Assembly: GCA_016927655.1 (NCBI GenBank)
Contig: JAFGMG010000003.1
Span: 1-57,456 of the forward strand
Length of the DNA stretch: 57,456 nucleotides
Source of the DNA: Candidatus Dojkabacteria bacterium
GTDB lineage: Bacteria; Patescibacteriota; Dojkabacteria; B142; JAFGMG01
Reading direction: 5' to 3'
Shown here: in pieces, positions 52,034 through 57,456 of the stretch
Layout: each line of letters begins with the position of its first letter
Numbering within the stretch: the first letter of the stretch is position 1
Notes under the pieces: model-generated
Seen by the model: the letters and a program-made list of their open reading frames with translations, nothing else
The model's database searches: none
Told to the model about the DNA's origin: nothing
Translations under genes and position numbers: made by a program

Positions 52034-55000
52034 TTGACATATTTTCTCAAATCCTTCGTTCTGATTCTATTGAAAATAAATATTGTAACCAGGAAGTACA
52101 ATATGAGACCAAGTGTGGTGGCTTGAAGTGCCTTATTGATTCCTCCGCTGCCTGCATCCGCAACCATAATAGAAATTGAGTCAGGATCAATTATATTACC
52201 TCCTTCGGTTGTACTAAATTTATGCCAGGCATCATAGACATAGTTATTCCCATTACTCATCACTTCATAATAGTATTCCTGCCCAGGTTCAAGATCAGTA
52301 ATAATTACCTGATGAACTTTTGTTTTCCTGTCATATTCAACCGACTCGCCATAATCAAGTGAATCACCGTAATTAACTTTGCTTGTTGCCAAGTGATTAG
52401 TTTTCCATTCAATCACAGCATAATTATCACCCTTCTCGACAACTTGAACATCAGAGATCGCTGTAGCTTCTTTATCAAACCATAAATCCCAAATTGCCAC
52501 GACCTTACTATACGAATCTGCAAAAAGCGGTCTAACCACATTTTCATTTATACCCCGATTTATATCGGCTGCCACTTCTGGCACATGTGTTAAAACAAAA
52601 TTGCCGAGTGTATTTGCTATGACCTCTGCATTATTTGCCAGTTCATTTGCGGCATACCTAATGAGGTCCAATAAACCACTTCTCAGTCCCCTACTAAAAC
52701 CAAACAAATTATTCTGCAAATCAACCAGATAGTTTACGGAGCCTCCAATAACACCACCTAAATTTTCGCTTATTATCTTTAATCCTTCGCTTACAACTCC
52801 GCGTACACCCTGTACAACGTTTTGCAAAATTCCACCTTCATTGCTGCTATCTAGATTGTTTATTAAATCAGACGCATTATCATTATTAATTATAATTTCC
52901 TCTAATTCATCCACATTAAGATCCGTAATATCACCCACAATCTCCAAAGTTTTAGTTGTTTCAGTTATGTTCCCTAATTTGTCATATGCTTTTAAAATAA
53001 TCTGGTATTCACCTGCCTCAAAACTTTCGGAAGGACTGAATGAGAAATCGGCATATTTATCACTGACATTGAGCGTATTATCCGTTATTATATTCTCATT
53101 GTAACTCCAATAAATGTCTGGGAAATTATTTACGGCAGTAAGTATTGTAGTTGTGCTGCCGCCTTGTAATTTGTTTATTGTCATAACAACTTTCAGCGGA
53201 CCGACAGCAGCTTTTTCCCCAGATCCGGATAGTTGATCGACAACCCTACCACTTATTGAGATACTAGTATCCAAAGTCTTTGAACTTGAATCAGTGGAAC
53301 CGTTTATTTTGACATCTTGGAGAGATGGAGCATGAAAATCCGCAAAGAACTCAACTTCTGTTGAGCTGAAATTCCCCACACCATCATAGGCAATAACCTC
53401 AAGACTGTTGATTCCTTCTGATAAATTCCCATTGTTGCGACCTGCACCCCAATTCGAAGAAGATTTCGTACTTAAGCTAATAATATCATTTAGAGGATCA
53501 GGGTCATTAAAATTTGAATAATATATATTGTACTTGTCAGTATTTACCGTAGAAGCAGCATAGCTATTGACTGGATAGACTTCTATTGCCGAATTTAAGG
53601 TAAATCTATATCTTATTACGTCATCTGAGTACCTTGAAAACCAAGAGAAACTAGGACGTGGATTATTCATATATGTTTTTGAAGCCGGATTAATTATTGC
53701 AGGGAGTTCCGGATCACTAAGATCTATCCTGACTTCACCAAGTTCAGAAAAACCTGACTGCACTCCAAGCTCGCTTACCACCGAAAGCCTTGCATACCAG
53801 GTCCCTTCGACCAGATCAATAAGATGAGTATAAGTCAGCTCTGATACTAGGATAGTATTACTTTCACATCCTGAGAAATTCGAATTATCACACCATTCAA
53901 ACTTATACTGATAAGTTATGCCTGATTCACCAGAAAATTCATTCCAAATCCAAATTGGCTTTGTGTCACTTGTAGGTGTTTCAGTAACCGGGACATCTGG
54001 GACTCCTTCAATTTCAGCATCAAGAACAAGCGAACCTGTGTTTGAATATTCTGAATAATTTCCCGCTATATCCCTTGCTCTCACTCTTGCATACCATGTT
54101 CCATCTGCCAGATTACTAGTATGAGTATATGTTGGAGTGTCAGAATTTGCGGCCGAAACACCCGAACTGAATGTCTGACTCTGCGACCACTCCAATCTGT
54201 AATAATCAATGTCAACGGCCGTTGCCGCTTCCCACTCCCAAGTTGGTGTTTTATCCATGGTAGGACTGTCTGCTATTGGGGTGCCAGGAATATCAGGGTC
54301 TGAAATATCAATCGTTATGTCTGATGAAACCGAATAATCAGATTCCAATAAAGCTCTGTCAACACCTTTCACCCTTATATAGTAAGTACCTTCAGAACTT
54401 TCCGGCAAGGTGAAGTTATTTACACTTCTGTTTGAAATATTTGCATCACATCCGGTATAAGCTTCATTGTCACACCATTGAACTATATACGCATTAATCC
54501 CGGACCCTCCACTATCACTAGCTCCACTCCAATCCCATCTTGGAGTAGTATCATGAGTAGGGGTTGTTCTGGTAAAACTCGTTGGGGGCGTTGGCGGAAC
54601 GGTATCGATTATGGCTCTTGCATAATCACTGTAATACGATTCATTTCCGACACTATCAATTGCTTTTACTTTCACATACCACGAACCATCAGCAAGAGGT
54701 GACCCCGGAGTATACGAATTTGTAACTACATTAGTTTTGTTTGCATCACAATCCAGAAAATCTGACGCATCACACCACCAAATTTCATAATTTGAAATAT
54801 ATGCAGCATCTCCATCATCATAAACCGCATCCCACTCCCAAGTTGGTGTTGTGTCCTGTGTATAAGCATCAACCGTGACATTTGTTGGTGTGTCAGGGAG
54901 ATCAGTATCAATAATAACCGTCCCATAATCTGAATAGGCTGATTCATTACCAACTTTGTCAACTGCCTTTACTTTATAATACCAGGTTCCATCTGCTAGA

Positions 55001-57456
55001 TCTGTTAAGAATGTGTAACTACTAACAGATGAAGTATCAATATAAGAATCACAATCTGGAGATGGGAACGTATTGTCTGTACACCATTGTATTGTGTAAG
55101 GGATTGTAGCCAATCCAGAACCGTCAGTATTGTCACTAACTGAGTTCCAGTCAATAAAAGGTGTGGCATCATTAGTTGGCGACAATGCTGTTGTTGGAGT
55201 GGAAGGGACACCTGGCGCAGTATTATCCACAACAACTGATCCGGTATTAGAATAACTTGATTGATTACCCAAACTGTCAAAAGCGTACACTCTGAAATAC
55301 CATCTATCATCTGCAAGATCCACAGAATGCGTGTAACTTGTAGTATTTGTAGTATCCGTCGTTGGACTTGTAAAATTAGAACTCGTACTCCATTGGACCG
55401 TATACTCTGCAACAGGCACACCATCATCTAAAGACTGTGTCCACTCCCAAGTCGGTTTCCTATCTGTTCTTGGTGTGGTAGTCGAAGGAGTCCCTGGTTT
55501 CGTAGGACCCGTGCTATCAATCTCAACTACAGCATAGTTTGAATACTCAGATATATTTCCGGCATTATCGCTTGCTTTTACTCTGAAATACCAGATTCCA
55601 TCGGAAAGGGAAATCCCATGCGTATATGAATTAGTATCGACCGAGGCTGAATTTCCATCGCAATCAGGTGACGGAAAAGAATTATTACCACACCATTGAA
55701 CGTTATAGGGAAGAATAGCCAATCCGGAATCGGAATCAGTTGATTCTGCCCAGCTCCAGGTTGGAGTATTATCAGTAGTTGGTGTGGTAGTTGAAGGGTC
55801 TCCAGGCACACTTGGCGGCTGCGTATCCAATATAAACGCAATTTCTCCATTATTTGCAGTTGTATATCCGCTCGATCCGCCTGCATCACTAGATTCTACC
55901 CTCCAATAATAACTATCATCAGACAAAGTCTGACTTTCCGAACCAGCATCATAAGTTCCATCTCCAGCAGCTTGTCCAACTGTAAAAGAATATTCTCCGG
56001 AACTCAAGCTTCCAAGAGTATAGTCCACTACCGCTGAATCAAATCCAACACTATTGTCAATTTGTATATGATAACTAAGAGGGTCTCCTTCTGAGTCATT
56101 TATTGTAAATACAAAAGTCGGAGTATTGTCATTTGTATAACTCCCATCGGTCAGATTCGTTGGGAGCAGATTTGATACCTCGTCTGGATTTGCATTAAAA
56201 GTAGACTCATAAACAGTTCCTCCCTCAGCTCCCACCCCGCCGCTTCCATACAATGCCTCAATAGCCCCATCATATGTTTTCGAAGAATATTGAACAGAGA
56301 CTCTTCCACCTCCACCTCCTGCACTGCAAGTAGCACCAGTTGCATTTCCTCCGTTCGCCTGTATGTATCCGCCTGAACCAGCTGAGCCAAAAACTCCATT
56401 TGAAATAAGTTTCACGCTTCCTCCGGAACCTGCTCCAGAATTGATTGTAGAAATACTCGCACCATTTGCCGAAATCGTCCCATCTACAGTTACATCTCCC
56501 ACACTTTCAATCATTACAACGCCTCCGCCAGCTCCTCCTGTCCCTCCGCCACCACTTCCAAGGTCTTGAGGATCTGATTCAGAACCATATTTACTTCCAA
56601 GTCCAGTTGAACATCCACCACTTCCCTGTGCTCCATATCCAGCGTATGTTCCTCCGGTTGCCGTCGTCCCGGCACCAGTCCCGGCTCCAGCAGCATACCC
56701 ATAAGAATTACTTTCAATCACTCCACCTGTCTTCACATCCAAGGAACTCACCTGCAGATCAACCCCGTAGTCATTCTCATAATTAGCATCACCATTATTA
56801 TAAGGCACCAAAGACAAATTCCCTCCATCTTCTACAATCAAATTTCCAAAATTATATTGGTTTATTGGATCTAAGGCCTTTGCAATTCTAACCGCTGTAT
56901 TTGCATATATAGTTAAATTCGAATTACTACCTAAAGTTACATCGCTTGAATTCGGACTAAAATCACCGGTTGCATTAATATTCAAACCAGCTATTGTTGT
57001 TCCACCACTCAATGAAATATCTCCTTCCGCGGTGAAAATTGCGGAATCATCACCACTCAAAGAATTACCTGGAAGAATGTTTAAAACACTGGCCGATCCT
57101 AAAATTCTGAGATTGCCTTTACCTGTCAAAACTATTTCCTTAAATGTATATGTCCCGCTTGTAAGAACTGCATCAAAATTTGATGGATGATCTCCTACAT
57201 TATCTACCAGCAGAGTCCCCTGATTCGACGTATCTACTCCTTCGTGTTCGATATATACTGTTCCTGCTCCTGCGTATGATATTAAAGAGTCATTATTGTC
57301 CAAAATTCCACCATTTGCATGTACTTTAGGGTCTGCCTCACCAATCGAACTGATTATTGAAGAATTGTCTGTACCATAATATATCGCTATTCTTCCTCCA
57401 CTCCCTGTCTCACTTTCGTCTCCTGGCGAATCTCCTCCATTCGCCTCTATAATCCC
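52030..57456 (-). CDS. Giant cell-surface protein (more than 1808 aa, N-terminus outside the window). It has a Gly-rich beta-helix-like region, 8 tandem ~100-aa Ig/FN3-like repeats, further beta domains, an FN3-like domain and a C-terminal TM anchor
   Basis: The frame stays open from 57303 to the window edge (51 further codons, no stop), so the tracked TTG start is not the real one. The C-terminus TTLGLILYFLVTIFIFNRIRTKDLRKYVN is a TM helix with a basic tail. Confidence 0.85.
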   Translation of the reverse strand, partial: GIIEANGGDSPGDESETGSGGRIAIYYGTDNSSIISSIGEADPKVHANGGILDNNDSLISYAGAGTVYIEHEGVDTSNQGTLLVDNVGDHPSNFDAVLTSGTYTFKEIVLTGKGNLRILGSASVLNILPGNSLSGDDSAIFTAEGDISLSGGTTIAGLNINATGDFSPNSSDVTLGSNSNLTIYANTAVRIAKALDPINQYNFGNLIVEDGGNLSLVPYNNGDANYENDYGVDLQVSSLDVKTGGVIESNSYGYAAGAGTGAGTTATGGTYAGYGAQGSGGCSTGLGSKYGSESDPQDLGSGGGGTGGAGGGVVMIESVGDVTVDGTISANGASISTINSGAGSGGSVKLISNGVFGSAGSGGYIQANGGNATGATCSAGGGGGRVSVQYSSKTYDGAIEALYGSGGVGAEGGTVYESTFNANPDEVSNLLPTNLTDGSYTNDNTPTFVFTINDSEGDPLSYHIQIDNSVGFDSAVVDYTLGSLSSGEYSFTVGQAAGDGTYDAGSESQTLSDDSYYWRVESSDAGGSSGYTTANNGEIAFILDTQPPSVPGDPSTTTPTTDNTPTWSWAESTDSDSGLAILPYNVQWCGNNSFPSPDCDGNSASVDTNSYTHGISLSDGIWYFRVKASDNAGNISEYSNYAVVEIDSTGPTKPGTPSTTTPRTDRKPTWEWTQSLDDGVPVAEYTVQWSTSSNFTSPTTDTTNTTSYTHSVDLADDRWYFRVYAFDSLGNQSSYSNTGSVVVDNTAPGVPSTPTTALSPTNDATPFIDWNSVSDNTDGSGLATIPYTIQWCTDNTFPSPDCDSYIDTSSVSSYTFLTDLADGTWYYKVKAVDKVGNESAYSDYGTVIIDTDLPDTPTNVTVDAYTQDTTPTWEWDAVYDDGDAAYISNYEIWWCDASDFLDCDANKTNVVTNSYTPGSPLADGSWYVKVKAIDSVGNESYYSDYARAIIDTVPPTPPTSFTRTTPTHDTTPRWDWSGASDSGGSGINAYIVQWCDNEAYTGCDANISNRSVNNFTLPESSEGTYYIRVKGVDRALLESDYSVSSDITIDISDPDIPGTPIADSPTMDKTPTWEWEAATAVDIDYYRLEWSQSQTFSSGVSAANSDTPTYTHTSNLADGTWYARVRARDIAGNYSEYSNTGSLVLDAEIEGVPDVPVTETPTSDTKPIWIWNEFSGESGITYQYKFEWCDNSNFSGCESNTILVSELTYTHLIDLVEGTWYARLSVVSELGVQSGFSELGEVRIDLSDPELPAIINPASKTYMNNPRPSFSWFSRYSDDVIRYRFTLNSAIEVYPVNSYAASTVNTDKYNIYYSNFNDPDPLNDIISLSTKSSSNWGAGRNNGNLSEGINSLEVIAYDGVGNFSSTEVEFFADFHAPSLQDVKINGSTDSSSKTLDTSISISGRVVDQLSGSGEKAAVGPLKVVMTINKLQGGSTTTILTAVNNFPDIYWSYNENIITDNTLNVSDKYADFSFSPSESFEAGEYQIILKAYDKLGNITETTKTLEIVGDITDLNVDELEEIIINNDNASDLINNLDSSNEGGILQNVVQGVRGVVSEGLKIISENLGGVIGGSVNYLVDLQNNLFGFSRGLRSGLLDLIRYAANELANNAEVIANTLGNFVLTHVPEVAADINRGINENVVRPLFADSYSKVVAIWDLWFDKEATAISDVQVVEKGDNYAVIEWKTNHLATSKVNYGDSLDYGESVEYDRKTKVHQVIITDLEPGQEYYYEVMSNGNNYVYDAWHKFSTTEGGNIIDPDSISIMVADAGSGGINKALQATTLGLILYFLVTIFIFNRIRTKDLRKYVN
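53640..55830 (-). repeat. In-frame tandem coding repeats, 8 units of about 300 bp
   Basis: The unit consensus at protein level is roughly D..PP.P..P...TPT.D.TPTW.W....D..SG...Y..QWC....F....CD......SYT....L.DG.WY..VKA.D..GN.S.YS....V.ID. TPTWxW-type codons recur at about 53945, 54240, 54540, 54845, 55150, 55450 and 55760. A 20-nt exact DNA repeat, CCCACTCCCAAGTTGGTGTT, occurs at 54231-50 and 54831-50. Confidence 0.7.

Noticed and set aside
53640-55830. The possibility that the periodic repeats are a CRISPR array or a satellite.
   Set aside because: The period is about 300 bp. The units are strongly diverged at DNA level and stay in one reading frame with a conserved protein consensus. There are no short identical direct repeats with unique spacers.
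52841-56786. Alternative-frame ORFs inside the giant surface-protein gene, up to 140 aa.
   Set aside because: They are embedded in one long open frame with clear domain repeats. Their sequences are low-complexity mirror images of the repeat DNA.
57301-57303. TTG at 57303 as the start of the giant protein.
   Set aside because: The frame continues without a stop for 51 more codons to the window edge, and it encodes the same Gly-rich repeat style. The gene is truncated by the window.
1-57456. An alternative genetic code (UGA recoding) as seen in some candidate phyla.
   Set aside because: Conserved genes are full length under the standard code. UGA is also used as a genuine stop, for example at the rnpA end (31751-53) and the beta-lactamase-like gene end (14911-13).

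Overview
This 57.5-kb window is AT-rich and very gene-dense, from a bacterial chromosome using the standard genetic code. By inference it resembles a reduced-genome, CPR/Patescibacteria-like organism. I saw no rRNA, CRISPR array, transposase or integrase.

Most genes are housekeeping:
- Chaperone and translation: dnaJ, serS, valS, metG, L25, L34, rnpA.
- Transcription block on the minus strand: rpoB-rpoC-rpsL-rpsG.
- Membrane insertion and division: yidC, jag, yidD, ftsA-like, maf, RodZ-like.
- Other: tatD, lexA, gdhA, trxB, ruvX, comF, a PAS histidine kinase and an M23 peptidase.

RNA genes and elements recognised directly from sequence:
- A tmRNA on the minus strand at 16179..16651.
- Three tRNAs: Ser-GCU, Arg-GCG and Ser-CGA.
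- A canonical T-box leader with terminator upstream of valS.

The most unusual object is valS (19832..23659). It is a single 1275-codon frame in which the ValRS core is interrupted by three extra enzyme modules. These are HAD-like, alpha/beta serine-hydrolase-like and histidine-phosphatase-like, and each keeps its catalytic motifs.

Other notable items:
- An apparently circularly permuted DsbA-like oxidoreductase.
- A Lon-type AAA+ ATPase with no protease domain.
- A nucleoside-deoxyribosyltransferase-like/RHH fusion.
- A cupin phosphoglucose-isomerase homologue with metal ligands replaced.
- A 25-aa insertion in ribosomal protein S12.
- A PilN/PilO-like pair plus an untracked 58-aa membrane ORF just upstream of rpoB.
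- A surface protein of more than 1800 aa with 8 tandem units of about 100 aa, cut by the window edge.
- Several -10 boxes placed 5-6 nt from start codons, which suggests leaderless mRNAs.
- Four convergent gene pairs whose stop codons overlap in a 4-nt palindrome.

All functional calls come from motif recognition by eye. No database search was run.
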